Of a stretch of DNA of 38,170 nt, positions 23,814 to 37,030 are shown one piece after another. This DNA comes from Candidatus Aquidulcis frankliniae (GTDB taxonomy: Bacteria; Chloroflexota; Limnocylindria; Limnocylindrales; Limnocylindraceae): positions 1-38,170 of the forward strand of contig RFPZ01000001.1 of NCBI GenBank assembly GCA_009925905.1, read 5' to 3'. The translations under genes and the position numbers were made by a program. Position 1 is the stretch's first letter, and each line of letters opens with the position of its first letter. Below the pieces are notes generated by a model. That model worked only from the letters and a program-made list of their open reading frames with translations, ran no database searches and was not told the DNA's origin.

Positions 23814-24853
23814 TGGCGAACGCTCCGCTCTATCTCGCCATCGCCGCTCTTGCAGCTACCGTAGCGCTCGTAGGCACACAACTAGTGCGCCGCGTTGCCG
23901 TCGCGTTCAATCTTGCCGACGCGCCGAATGAGCGACGTATCAACACCACGTTGATGCCACGCGCGGGAGGTTTCGCCGTCGCACTCTCCTTCTTCTTGGT
24001 CGGCGCAACAGTGACGATCCTCGCCGCACCGCTTGGTCTGACAGGCGGCACACCACTGCCAACATCCGGCGTTGCTGCGCTCCTCTTTGGCGTGGTGCTC
24101 GCGGGCGTTATCGGCCTTGTCGATGATCGATTTGACCTACGCGCACGGTGGCAGCTTGCCGGGCAGCTGGTGATTTCGGCGGTACCGATCGCCTTCGGCG
24201 TCCGGATCGCGATCCTCTCGAACCCATTCGGCACGGGCGACCTACTGATTCCTGATGTGATTGGGCTCGCTCTGACACTCTTCTGGGCCCTTGGCATGCA
24301 GAACGCCATGAACTTCATCGACGGCCTCGACGGCCTCTCCGGAGGAATCGCGCTGATTGCCGCGACCACCCTTGGCCTGATCGCCCTGCCGGCCACCCCC
24401 CTCCTCGCCGCCCTCTGCTTCGCGTTGGCGGGTGCACTTGCCGGGTTCCTGCGGCACAACTTCTACCCCGCCTCCATCTATATGGGAACGAGCGGGATCC
24501 TGGCGGTCGCCTACGCCCTCGCGGTCCTTTCGCTTCTCGGCACGTCCAAGGTTGTTGCGGCCCTCCTGATCCTGGGGGTGCCCATCATCGATGCCTTCTT
24601 CGTCATCGTGGGGCGGCTCCTCGCCGGGCGCTCTCCATATAGTGCGGACAAGACCCACATTCACCAGCGACTCATTGATGCGGGGCTCAGCCATCGCGGC
24701 GCCGTTCTCGCCCTCTACGGGGTCACCCTCCTCCTCTCATTTGGGGCGGTGGTGCTGACCGCAAGCGCCGCTCTCTATGCCTTTGCGGGGCTCCTTGTGG
24801 TGCTCGGTGGGGCGATCGTCTGGCTCTCGCGACGCGCCGAGCGTCACTCATGA
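23813..24853 (+). CDS. wecA: MraY/WecA family polyprenyl-phosphate N-acetylhexosamine-1-phosphate transferase
   Basis: About 10 TM helices; DDRFDL and NAMNFIDGLDGL motifs. Its position directly upstream of the atp operon matches rfe/wecA in actinobacteria. Confidence 0.75.
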   Translation: MANAPLYLAIAALAATVALVGTQLVRRVAVAFNLADAPNERRINTTLMPRAGGFAVALSFFLVGATVTILAAPLGLTGGTPLPTSGVAALLFGVVLAGVIGLVDDRFDLRARWQLAGQLVISAVPIAFGVRIAILSNPFGTGDLLIPDVIGLALTLFWALGMQNAMNFIDGLDGLSGGIALIAATTLGLIALPATPLLAALCFALAGALAGFLRHNFYPASIYMGTSGILAVAYALAVLSLLGTSKVVAALLILGVPIIDAFFVIVGRLLAGRSPYSADKTHIHQRLIDAGLSHRGAVLALYGVTLLLSFGAVVLTASAALYAFAGLLVVLGGAIVWLSRRAERHS

Positions 24854-25245
24854 GCATCTCCGACCCAGCGCCAAAAAACGAACGCGAGATTAGCAACCCT
24901 CCGCTAGAATCGCCGCAGAATCCTGATGAGGCTGTTGGCCTGATGTCCGACATGGGCAAGGGTGCGTATCTCGCCCTCTTCTCACAGATCGGAATCAGCC
25001 TCTTCATCGCGAATCTCGGTGGAGCACTCCTCGGACATTGGGTCGACGGTCAGCTCAACAGCGAACCGATCTTCCTGATCCTTGGATTCATCGGAGGTTT
25101 TACTGCTGGTGCGGTGGCCGCAGCACGGTTGGTGCAACGAACGCTGCGCCATCTTGATGCACTTGACGTAGCTGCGAAGACAGCGAAACGAGAACGTGAG
25201 GCGCGTGAACGAGACGCCGCACGATTGAAAGGGAGGGTCGAATGA
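24850..25245 (+). CDS. atpI: ATP synthase protein I / AtpZ-like small membrane protein
   Basis: Two predicted TM helices (YLALFSQIGISLFIANLGGALLG; IFLILGFIGGFTAGAVAAA). ATGA overlaps with both wecA and atpB. The family assignment rests mostly on position. Confidence 0.55.
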   Translation: MSISDPAPKNEREISNPPLESPQNPDEAVGLMSDMGKGAYLALFSQIGISLFIANLGGALLGHWVDGQLNSEPIFLILGFIGGFTAGAVAAARLVQRTLRHLDALDVAAKTAKREREARERDAARLKGRVE

Positions 25246-26213
25246 GCGTCGCTCCGGCGAAGAAGAGCTCAGCGAAGCGCACCCTTCTTCTTGCCGCACT
25301 CGGCGTGATCCTCCTTGACGCAATTGCGATCATCACGTTCGGTGGTGTCGGACTGAACAACTTTCCTGGCGACGTCATCAAGCGGGCGCTGGAACCGATT
25401 GTCCCCCACACGGTCATTGATCTCGGAGGCGATCCAACACACGCCGCGTCACTCTTTGACTTCTACCCGTCAATCACCGGCTCAATCATCATGAGCTGGA
25501 TCGTGATGGCGGTCGTGATTATTCCACTGACGATTGCTGCACGGCGTCTGAAGGAGATCCCAAGCGGCGTGCAGAACGTGTTGGAGTTCGCTATCGAAGG
25601 TCTCACCTCATTTGCAATGGGGATCGGCGGGCCTGGCGCAAAGCGTTTCATCACCTTCTTCCTCGCCTGCTTTCTCTTTATCGTCGTCTCTAACTGGTCT
25701 GGCCTCATTCCAGGGGTTGGCCGCGTGCATGAGTTCCGCGCGCCAACCAGTGACGTCAATGTCACCGTTGGATTAGCGCTGGTTGCGTTTGTCTACTTCC
25801 ATTACCAAGGCGTTCGCGCACTTGGTGTTGGTGGATACCTTGGAAAATTTTTCGCAACCAAGGGCACCGGTCCGATCGACAAGGTCATTAATCACTTCGT
25901 TGGTGCCCTCGAGTTCCTCCTTGAAATTGTGAAGCCGATTACTTTGGCCATGCGACTCTTCGGCAACATCTACGGCGGTGAGCTTGCCCTTACCGTAATG
26001 ACCACGATCACCCTCGCCTTCATCCCAGTTGCCTTGTATGGCCTCGAGCTCTTCGTCGGGCTCATGCAAGGGATCATCTTCAGCGTCCTTGTCCTCGTCT
26101 TCACCATGCTCGCCATGGAGGGGCACCACGAGGAGGGGCACGATGAGCACAGCCCGGCGGCGGCCGGGGATGGCGCGACGGCGGGAGCCGAATCGCGAGT
26201 TGCGGCACACTAG
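25242..26213 (+). CDS. atpB: F0F1 ATP synthase subunit a
   Basis: Conserved Arg helix LAMRLFGNIYGGE; polytopic; His/Glu-rich C-terminal tail. Confidence 0.9.
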   Translation: MSVAPAKKSSAKRTLLLAALGVILLDAIAIITFGGVGLNNFPGDVIKRALEPIVPHTVIDLGGDPTHAASLFDFYPSITGSIIMSWIVMAVVIIPLTIAARRLKEIPSGVQNVLEFAIEGLTSFAMGIGGPGAKRFITFFLACFLFIVVSNWSGLIPGVGRVHEFRAPTSDVNVTVGLALVAFVYFHYQGVRALGVGGYLGKFFATKGTGPIDKVINHFVGALEFLLEIVKPITLAMRLFGNIYGGELALTVMTTITLAFIPVALYGLELFVGLMQGIIFSVLVLVFTMLAMEGHHEEGHDEHSPAAAGDGATAGAESRVAAH

Positions 26214-26283
26214 CCGCAGGCAGTAACGGAGCGTCGGACGCACGGCACGAGTCCGGGCGGCGACACAATAGGAGGTAGGAACC

Positions 26284-26493
26284 ATGGATAAGCTTCAGGC
26301 GGGCATCGCAGCCCTCGGCGTAATTGGGCCGGCTCTCGGCGTAGGCATTGCCACAGCGGCAGCCGCTAGCGCAATTGGTCGCAACCCAGAGGCTGCGGGT
26401 GCAATCCGCGGCGTCTTCATCATCGGTGCCGCATTCGCAGAAGGCCTCGGCGTTCTCGCGATCGTGCTCGGCATCCTTTCACTCGTTCTGTAA
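26284..26493 (+). CDS. atpE: F0F1 ATP synthase subunit c
   Basis: 69-aa hairpin protein with the GRNPE loop and the proton-binding Glu in AAFAEGLG. AGGAGG RBS. Confidence 0.9.
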   Translation: MDKLQAGIAALGVIGPALGVGIATAAAASAIGRNPEAAGAIRGVFIIGAAFAEGLGVLAIVLGILSLVL

Positions 26494-26508
26494 GGCGACT
26501 GACCAACG

Positions 26509-27081
26509 ATGCAGGTAGTCGACCTGGTCCAGGGGGCGATTGGCGCCATCCCGTTTGCTGAGGCCGCCGCTGGCGAAGCCGAAGGCGCCGGGCTGAGCTT
26601 CAACCTCTTCTGGATCCTTGTCTCAGCGGCAAACTTCGCCTTCTTCATTATTGTGCTGCGCGCAGCTGCGCTCGGACCAATCACGAAGATGCTCGATGAG
26701 CGACGCGAGCGCATTGAGCGCGGACTTCGCGAAGCGGCTGAGGCCACGATCGCCAAGAGTCGCGCCGAAGAGGCGGCGGGCGTTGCGCTCGCCGAAGCTC
26801 GACGCGAGTCAAACGAGATCCGCGCCAACGCCGAGAAGGCTGCGGCACAGATTCGTGATGAGCAGGCCGCCGCACTGAAGGCGGAACTGGATCGCATGCG
26901 AGCCGATGCCACGAAGGAGATTGAGGCGGCGCGCGTCAGCGCCCTTGCCGCAATCCGCAGTGAGGTTGCCGATCTCGCCATTGGCGCCGCCACCAAGGTG
27001 GTCGGCTCCTCAATGGACGGTGATCGTCAGCGAGCCCTCGTCGGCGAGTTCTTGGACGAGCAGTCCAAGAAGGGGAACTGA
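26509..27081 (+). CDS. atpF: F0F1 ATP synthase subunit b
   Basis: A single N-terminal TM helix followed by a long charged, Ala-rich helix; operon position. Confidence 0.85.
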   Translation: MQVVDLVQGAIGAIPFAEAAAGEAEGAGLSFNLFWILVSAANFAFFIIVLRAAALGPITKMLDERRERIERGLREAAEATIAKSRAEEAAGVALAEARRESNEIRANAEKAAAQIRDEQAAALKAELDRMRADATKEIEAARVSALAAIRSEVADLAIGAATKVVGSSMDGDRQRALVGEFLDEQSKKGN

Positions 27082-27083
27082 TC

Positions 27084-27629
27084 GTGGATCGACCGCTCGG
27101 CTCTGCACGACGATACGCAGCGGCACTCCTTGGCCTGGCTAAGGATCCGTCGACGGCGGCATCGCAGGCAGACGAGCTTGACCGCCTCGCGGCGGTGGTT
27201 GCAACACCAGGTGCTCGCCAGATTCTTGATGATCCGCGCACGCCAGCAGCTGGTCGTGTAGCGGCACTGGAGAAGGCGGCAGGCGGCACGGTGAGCGCAC
27301 ACATTCACACGTTGATCGGCATGTTGGCGCGACGACGCACCCTTGCATCGATCCCGGCAATCGCCGAGGCAGCGCGCGACGCGCTGAATGCGCGTAACGG
27401 CGTCACCATTGCCCGCGTGGTCACCGCCCTTGAGGCGAGCCCAGCGGAGCGCACACGATTTGAATCGCAGGCTGCGACGATGGCGGGCCGTGCAGTTCAA
27501 GTGTCGTACGAAGTAGATGCAAGTCTCGTTGGTGGAGCAACGCTCCGTGTTGGCGATCGACTTGTTGATGGCAGCGTTAAGGGGCGGCTCTCGCGAATGC
27601 GTGAGCGGATCCTCTCGGTCGCCGGCTGA
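27084..27629 (+). CDS. atpH: F0F1 ATP synthase subunit delta (OSCP)
   Basis: ARRYAAALLGLA N-terminus and a C-terminal ...LVGGATLRVGDRLVDGSVKGRL motif; GTG start. Confidence 0.85.
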   Translation: MDRPLGSARRYAAALLGLAKDPSTAASQADELDRLAAVVATPGARQILDDPRTPAAGRVAALEKAAGGTVSAHIHTLIGMLARRRTLASIPAIAEAARDALNARNGVTIARVVTALEASPAERTRFESQAATMAGRAVQVSYEVDASLVGGATLRVGDRLVDGSVKGRLSRMRERILSVAG

Positions 27630-27667
27630 ACCGGCAGAGCGCGTAGAGCAGCGAGGAGCGAGAGATC

Positions 27668-29200
<1,533 letters not shown>

Positions 29201-29227
29201 CGGCGAGGGGCGAGCGGCGAGGAGAGC

Positions 29228-31361
<2,134 letters not shown>

Positions 31362-31375
31362 GGGTTCTGACCAAC

Positions 31376-31792
31376 ATGCCATTTACGTTGGAGATCGTGA
31401 CGCCGGAGCGCCTCGCCTGGAAGGGCGAGGCCTCCGCGTTGGTCTTGCCAACGATCGATGGCGAGGTCGGCATTCTGCCGAAGCACGAGCCGTACGTCAC
31501 AGTGCTCGGCGCAGGCGAGGGGCGTATCACCGCACTCGACGGTTCCATTGAGTACATCGCCATCATTGGTGGCTTCGTGCAGGTGCGACCCGACCGCGTG
31601 GTGGTACTTGCCGAGTCGGCTGACCTGTCGGGCGAGCTCGACACCGCCGCTATCGAGAAGGCCAAGTCCGCCGCCGAGGCAGCAATCTCTGGCGCTGGAA
31701 CACAGGATCCTGCTTCGCTCGCAACCGCCCGGGCCTCGCTGAGCCGAGCCCTCCTGCACCTTCGCGTCGCCGAGCGCCGTCGCAAGCGCTAG
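31376..31792 (+). CDS. atpC: F0F1 ATP synthase subunit epsilon
   Basis: 138 aa with a beta-sandwich N-terminal domain (LEIVTPE...LPTIDGEVGILPKHEP) and a helical C-terminus. Confidence 0.9.
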   Translation: MPFTLEIVTPERLAWKGEASALVLPTIDGEVGILPKHEPYVTVLGAGEGRITALDGSIEYIAIIGGFVQVRPDRVVVLAESADLSGELDTAAIEKAKSAAEAAISGAGTQDPASLATARASLSRALLHLRVAERRRKR

Positions 31793-31873
31793 TGCACGCC
31801 GCCGCCCGTGCGGGTGGCCCAAGAAAGTGAGCCCCTGTTGGACGCTTCTGCTGCAAACGGCGAGAATCCGCCC

Positions 31874-33232
31874 ATGACCGCCGTGAAGCCGTTCTCTTGG
31901 GAGTACCGTCCGATCCCCTTGGCCAAGGAGGAGTTCCGCATTCAGGGCGGGCAGCCGCTCGCTGGTCGCGTGCGGGTAAGCGGCGCGAAGAACGCAGCCC
32001 TCAAGGTCATGGCCGCCGCGGTCCTCACCGGCGACCGAGTGAACCTCGAGAACATTCCAGGGATCCTCGACATCGATGTACTCGCCGACACCCTCCGCGA
32101 CATTGGCGTCGCCATTGATCGACCAACCCCCGAAACCATGGGCCTGCAGGCGGCGAATGCCGAATGGCTCTTCGTGCCGCTGGAAGCCGCCGCCAAGATG
32201 CGCGCTAGTTTCATGCTCCTTGGCCCACTCTTGGCTCGGTTCGGCCGCGTGATCATCAGCAATCCTGGCGGTGACCGCATCGGGCGTCGCCCCGTGAACC
32301 TGCACGTAGATGCCATGCGTGCACTTGGCGCAGAGATTGATTACCGCGATGGCTACTACTTTGCAAAGAGCGACGGTCGCCTGAAGGGGGCAACCATCAC
32401 CTTCCCGCAGATCACCGTGATGGGCACCGAAAACGCGATCCTTGCGGCGGTGCTGGCAAAGGGGACAACGGTCATCACCCCTGCGGCGCAAGAGCCTGAA
32501 GTTGACGATCTCATCGCCCTGCTCAACGCCATGGGTGCGCAGGTCGCGCGCACGCAGCCAGATCGCATTGAAATTCAGGGCGTAGATGCACTGCACGGTG
32601 CAACCCATCGCATCATGCCTGACCGCATTGAAGCTGGAACGTTTGCCGCCGCCGCCGCAGTCGTCGGCGGAACGATTAACGTTGACGGTGTTGAGCCATC
32701 GCACATGAAGGCGTTCATTGACCTGCTTGATCAGCTCGGTGTCGACTACAAGATTGAAGCTGATCCAGTTGATGGAACACGCAAGAGCTTACGTGTAAGC
32801 GGGCTACCGGCCGGCGGTGCGTACAAGCCCACAAACATTCGCACGCAACCGTTTCCAGGACTCGCAACCGACCTGCAGCCATCGGCCGGTTTGATGCTGA
32901 CGCGCGCGGCTGGAACGAGCACCATTGAAGAGACGATCTTTGAGGATCGATTGGAGTGGCTCGTTGGGCTTCGCGGATTTGGTGCGCAGGTTGAGATCGT
33001 GGATCCACGCACCGCACGCGTCACCGGACCGACGACATTCGTACCTGCGGAGGCGGAGATTCCAGATCTGCGCGCCGGTGCCACACTGATGCTCGCGGCG
33101 TTGGCCGCATCAGGGACGAGCCGCATTCACGGCGCGCACCATGTCCGCCGCGGCTATGCGAACATTGAGGAGAAGTTCCGAGGTCTCGGCGCGGAGCTCA
33201 CCCACGTTAGCGAAGAGGGAGTGGCGGGATGA
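31874..33232 (+). CDS. murA: UDP-N-acetylglucosamine 1-carboxyvinyltransferase MurA (Asp at the active-site Cys position)
   Basis: [14 protein letters not shown] and [16 protein letters not shown], compared with E. coli LPGGCAIGARPVDLHI; full-length similarity. I chose ATG 31874 rather than the track start 31808. Confidence 0.9.
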   Translation: MTAVKPFSWEYRPIPLAKEEFRIQGGQPLAGRVRVSGAKNAALKVMAAAVLTGDRVNLENIPGILDIDVLADTLRDIGVAIDRPTPETMGLQAANAEWLFVPLEAAAKMRASFMLLGPLLARFGRVIISNPGGDRIGRRPVNLHVDAMRALGAEIDYRDGYYFAKSDGRLKGATITFPQITVMGTENAILAAVLAKGTTVITPAAQEPEVDDLIALLNAMGAQVARTQPDRIEIQGVDALHGATHRIMPDRIEAGTFAAAAAVVGGTINVDGVEPSHMKAFIDLLDQLGVDYKIEADPVDGTRKSLRVSGLPAGGAYKPTNIRTQPFPGLATDLQPSAGLMLTRAAGTSTIEETIFEDRLEWLVGLRGFGAQVEIVDPRTARVTGPTTFVPAEAEIPDLRAGATLMLAALAASGTSRIHGAHHVRRGYANIEEKFRGLGAELTHVSEEGVAG

Positions 33233-34227
33233 AGATTGGCATCGATCTAGGAACCGCAAATGTCCTTGTTTTCGTGCAGGGGAGTGGCATCACGGTGCGC
33301 GAGCCGAGCGTTGTCGCCATTAACGACCGCGACCAGATTGTTGCCGTTGGTAATGAGGCGAAGGAGATGCTCGGTCGTACGCCTGGCTCAATCAGCGCGA
33401 TCCGCCCGCTCCGCGACGGTGTGATTGCCGATTACGTCGTGACAGAGGCAATGCTGCGTTACTTCATTAAGAAGGGAACCACTGGGAGATTCGCGTTCGG
33501 TCGACCAGATGTGCTGGTGAGCGTACCGGCCGGCTCGACGTCGGTAGAAAAGCGCTACGTGCTCGACGCGGCCCGTCAGGCTGGCGCTGGAAAAGCCTTC
33601 CTTATCGAAGAGCCGATGGCGGCGGCGATCGGTGCAGAGCTGCCGATCAGTGGCCCGTCGGGCAACATGATCGTGAACATTGGTGGCGGCACCGCTGAGA
33701 TCGCGGTGATCTCACTCTCCGAAATCGTCGTGAGCAAGTCCCATCGTGTCGGCGGCAACCGCTTTGATGAAGCGATCGCCCTCTACATTCGCCGCAAGTA
33801 CAACCTGATGATCGGCGATCGAACCGCCGAGCAGGTGAAGATTGAGATCGGCAGCGCTATGCCGCTAGAAGATGAGCTCACGATGAGCGTGAAGGGGCGC
33901 GACATGATCGCCGGTCTGCCACGTGAGGTGAAGATCACGTCGACAGAAGTTACCGAGGCGCTGGAAGTGCCGCTGCGCAACCTGACTGACGCCATTCGAG
34001 CGGTGTTGGAGCAGACGCCACCTGAGCTGAGCGCTGACATTATTGACAAGGGGATCGTGATCTCTGGTGGTGGTGCGCTGCTTCGCAACATTGATCGCCT
34101 AGTGACGACCGTCACTGGGGTTGCGGCGCACATCGCTCCGGACCCGCTGAGCTGCGTTGCGAAGGGGACGGGCATTGCGCTCGAACACTTCGACCAGTTC
34201 GCGAAGTCCATGACCAGCGAGGCCTAA
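33229..34227 (+). CDS. mreB: Rod shape-determining actin homologue MreB
   Basis: [21 protein letters not shown] and GGGTAEIAV motifs; ATGA overlap with murA. Confidence 0.9.
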   Translation: MKIGIDLGTANVLVFVQGSGITVREPSVVAINDRDQIVAVGNEAKEMLGRTPGSISAIRPLRDGVIADYVVTEAMLRYFIKKGTTGRFAFGRPDVLVSVPAGSTSVEKRYVLDAARQAGAGKAFLIEEPMAAAIGAELPISGPSGNMIVNIGGGTAEIAVISLSEIVVSKSHRVGGNRFDEAIALYIRRKYNLMIGDRTAEQVKIEIGSAMPLEDELTMSVKGRDMIAGLPREVKITSTEVTEALEVPLRNLTDAIRAVLEQTPPELSADIIDKGIVISGGGALLRNIDRLVTTVTGVAAHIAPDPLSCVAKGTGIALEHFDQFAKSMTSEA

Positions 34228-34231
34228 CCCT

Positions 34232-34942
34232 ATGGCGGCCCGCGCCGTCGTCGACCTGCACTGCCACACCAGCGCAAGCTTCGACTCCCTGAGCGACCCG
34301 GTTGCCGTTGCCCGCACCGCAGCGTCACGAGGGATCACGCACCTCGCCATTACCGATCATGACCGCATTGACGGCGCCCTGCGTGCCCGCGACGCCGCCA
34401 CCCCTGGGCTGACGGTGATTGTTGGTTCCGAGGTACGCACCGCACAGGGAGACCTGATCGCCCTCTTCCTTGAGCGACCGATTACTGCCGGACTCCCTGC
34501 CAGCGAAGCTATCGCTGCGATTCGTGACCAGGGCGGGCTAGTGGGAATCCCACACCCGTTCGACGGCTGGCGGGGTTCGCTCCTTCGCGACGAGGCAGCT
34601 CTGGCCCTGGTGAACGAAGTCGACTGGATCGAAGGTTGGAACGCCCGACTCGTTGCACCGGGTGGCAACCAGCGCGCGGCTGAACTCGCCGAGTCACGAG
34701 GTCTCCCATCAGTAGCCGCGAGTGATGCCCACACCCTCCTTGAAATCGGTGGTGCCGCCACCATCATGACCGGCGACCTGAGCACTCCCGCTGGATTTCG
34801 ATCAGCGCTGCACGGTGACCTCACGCGCATCACCGGTCGCGGCGCACTCGTCGCGCGACTCTTCACACCGATCGCAAAGCTCGTCAACGCCACACGCGGC
34901 AATCGACGCATTCATCCAGGCGTGACTTTCGGCGAGCGCTAG
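34232..34942 (+). CDS. PHP family metal-dependent phosphoesterase
   Basis: VDLHCHTSASFDS and LAITDHD His/Asp motifs, plus a later GIPHP and ASDAH. Confidence 0.7.
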   Translation: MAARAVVDLHCHTSASFDSLSDPVAVARTAASRGITHLAITDHDRIDGALRARDAATPGLTVIVGSEVRTAQGDLIALFLERPITAGLPASEAIAAIRDQGGLVGIPHPFDGWRGSLLRDEAALALVNEVDWIEGWNARLVAPGGNQRAAELAESRGLPSVAASDAHTLLEIGGAATIMTGDLSTPAGFRSALHGDLTRITGRGALVARLFTPIAKLVNATRGNRRIHPGVTFGER

Positions 34943-34950
34943 GCCACGAG

Positions 34951-35955
34951 ATGCTGCTCGCTCGACTCACGCGACGCTCCACGATCTTCGCACTCCTGCT
35001 TACGATCATCCTTGTTGTCGGAGTGGTGCGCGCTGCAGCATCCTTTGACCTCACCGAGGTTGCCGCCTCACTTAACCGTGCAAACGTGGCATGGCTCCTC
35101 GTTGCGTTTGCCGCTAGCTGGGCCACCTTCCCACTACGCGGGTTGCGTTGGCGACTGATCCTCTCCGCATCAGGACTCACCATCTCGCGCCGCGCTGCTA
35201 CCGAGATTCTGACCCTCTCGTTCTGGGTGAACTGCGTATTGCCCGCGAAGATGGGCGATGTTTATCGCGGCTGGTTGTTGAAGCGCAACGGCGCAACGTC
35301 GTTCGGCAACGCGGTTGGGACGGTTGTCGCCGAACGACTCGTTGACCTTGCAACGGTTGCGCTGCTTGGTGCTGCGTCGACCTTTGTTGCGTTTGGCGGG
35401 AAGCTTCCACCAACCGCGCTGGCACTTACGGCAATCGCCCTCGGTGTTGCCGCCGCAACAACACTCCTTCTGCTCGTTGCACGAGGCTTCGCCGCTGCGC
35501 TTATCTACGCGCTGCCCATCCCCGATGCTATCAAGAGCGGCTTCACAAACGCCGCAGCGTCACTGCGTGCAGGGAGCGGTGGACGAGTGATTCGCACCGC
35601 CCTGCCGTTCTCTCTTGCGATTTGGATCGGCGAGTCAGTGCGACTCGCCGCGGTCGCTATGGCGCTGGGGCTCTTTATGGTGAATCCTTCCGCCGGCCAG
35701 ATTGGCATTGCGAGCACCGTCTTTGTTGCACTTGTTTCGGCGGTGCTGACCGTCGTGCCATTTACGCCAGCGGGGATCGGCATTGTTGAGGCGGGGATGG
35801 TGGGCATCCTCGTTGCGCTCTTCGGCTTCACGCCCGAGTCGGCAATCGCACTTGCGCTCCTTGATCGTCTCGTTGGTGTTGGTAGTTTGGTTCTTGTTGG
35901 TGGCGCACTCTTTGCGCTCTCGCCGTATCGGCGCGGAGTTGGCTCGCTGCGCTAG
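34951..35955 (+). CDS. UPF0104 / lysylphosphatidylglycerol-synthase-TM-like (flippase-like) membrane protein
   Basis: About 8 TM helices and the family-typical LPAKMGDVYRGWLLKR motif. Confidence 0.6.
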   Translation: MLLARLTRRSTIFALLLTIILVVGVVRAAASFDLTEVAASLNRANVAWLLVAFAASWATFPLRGLRWRLILSASGLTISRRAATEILTLSFWVNCVLPAKMGDVYRGWLLKRNGATSFGNAVGTVVAERLVDLATVALLGAASTFVAFGGKLPPTALALTAIALGVAAATTLLLLVARGFAAALIYALPIPDAIKSGFTNAAASLRAGSGGRVIRTALPFSLAIWIGESVRLAAVAMALGLFMVNPSAGQIGIASTVFVALVSAVLTVVPFTPAGIGIVEAGMVGILVALFGFTPESAIALALLDRLVGVGSLVLVGGALFALSPYRRGVGSLR

Positions 35956-36989
35956 CGCCTCTTCTTTGTAGGTTGCTTCTTCGCAACCGCTACACGCTTC
36001 GCTGGGGGCTCTTTCACCTTCTTGACCTTCGGCTCCTCTGCAGGGAGCGGCTTCAACTTGAGCGTTCCTTCGGAGAGCTGCAGGCTGCGTTCGATGTTGA
36101 GCTTGTCCCAACCCTCTTCCATCCCCGGCGTCTCAAGGTAGTAGTTCACATGTGCGAGGCGCGGATGGCGAATGAGCGCCGCAAGGCCGCGGGTGCCAAC
36201 CTCACCGCCACCAATGTGCTGGTGTCGATCGAGCTTTGATCCGTGCGCCGCTTTGCTGTCGTTGTAATGAATCATTACCAACTTCTCGAGGCCGATCTTC
36301 TTGTCGAACTGTTCAACGAGTCGGTCAACCTCGTCGTCACCCTTCATCTCAACGCCGGCACCCCAGAGGTGCGCGGAGTCGAGGCAGTAGGCCACGCGCG
36401 ACATGTTGATGCCGCGGGCGGCCATGCATTCATGGATGTCGATCAGCTCATCGAGGCTTTCGCCGATCCCGTTGCCGCCACCGGCACTGTTCTCGAGCAC
36501 CAGGAGTGCCGAGTCGTCGGCGAGCGGGACGCCGTCCAAGATGCGCTCCACCGCCTCGGCGACGCGTGCAACACCGGCCTCAATGCCGGTACCCATGTGC
36601 GAGCCGATATGGACGTTGACGAACGATGCGCCGTATTCGGGCGCCACGCGAAGCTCGTGGCGAAGCAGCTCCACCGTCTTTTCACGGAAGACTGGGTTTG
36701 GCCCAGCGAGGTTGGCGAGATACGCGGCGTGCACAGCGAGTGGACCGAAGCCGTGCTCCTTCATGCGGGCTCGGAAGGCGGGGAGCTCCTTGGGGAGTTC
36801 GGCGCGGCGCGCCCAGCCCGTTGGGTTGCCAGTGAAGATCTGCAGCCCCATCGCACCAACGGCTGCGGCGCGATCGGCAGCCTTGACGAGCCCAGGCCCT
36901 GCGGCGAGATGAGCGCCGAGCATGCGGTCGAGTCGCCCAGCCGCTGCGGCTGGTGCGCTGCTCTTGAGTTTTGGTCGCTTGGCTGCCAT
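35952..36989 (-). CDS. nfo: Endonuclease IV (AP endonuclease Nfo) with a Lys-rich C-terminal tail
   Basis: GAHLAAGPG...QIFTGNPTGW, HIGSHMG, LENSAGGG, CLDSAHLWGAG and HYNDSKAAHGSKLDRHQHIG. I chose ATG 36989, since the track start 37088 overlaps comF. ATG 36923 is also possible. Confidence 0.8.
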   Translation of the reverse strand: MAAKRPKLKSSAPAAAAGRLDRMLGAHLAAGPGLVKAADRAAAVGAMGLQIFTGNPTGWARRAELPKELPAFRARMKEHGFGPLAVHAAYLANLAGPNPVFREKTVELLRHELRVAPEYGASFVNVHIGSHMGTGIEAGVARVAEAVERILDGVPLADDSALLVLENSAGGGNGIGESLDELIDIHECMAARGINMSRVAYCLDSAHLWGAGVEMKGDDEVDRLVEQFDKKIGLEKLVMIHYNDSKAAHGSKLDRHQHIGGGEVGTRGLAALIRHPRLAHVNYYLETPGMEEGWDKLNIERSLQLSEGTLKLKPLPAEEPKVKKVKEPPAKRVAVAKKQPTKKRR

Positions 36990-37030
36990 GAGGAGAGAGT
37001 GCCACGCCACGCCAGAGACCGCTCGCCACC

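Noticed and set aside
31794-31811. Hairpin GCACG-N8-CGTGC just after atpC as an intrinsic terminator.
   Set aside because: The stem is only 5 bp, the loop is 8 nt, and there is no downstream T-tract. This is not enough to call a terminator.
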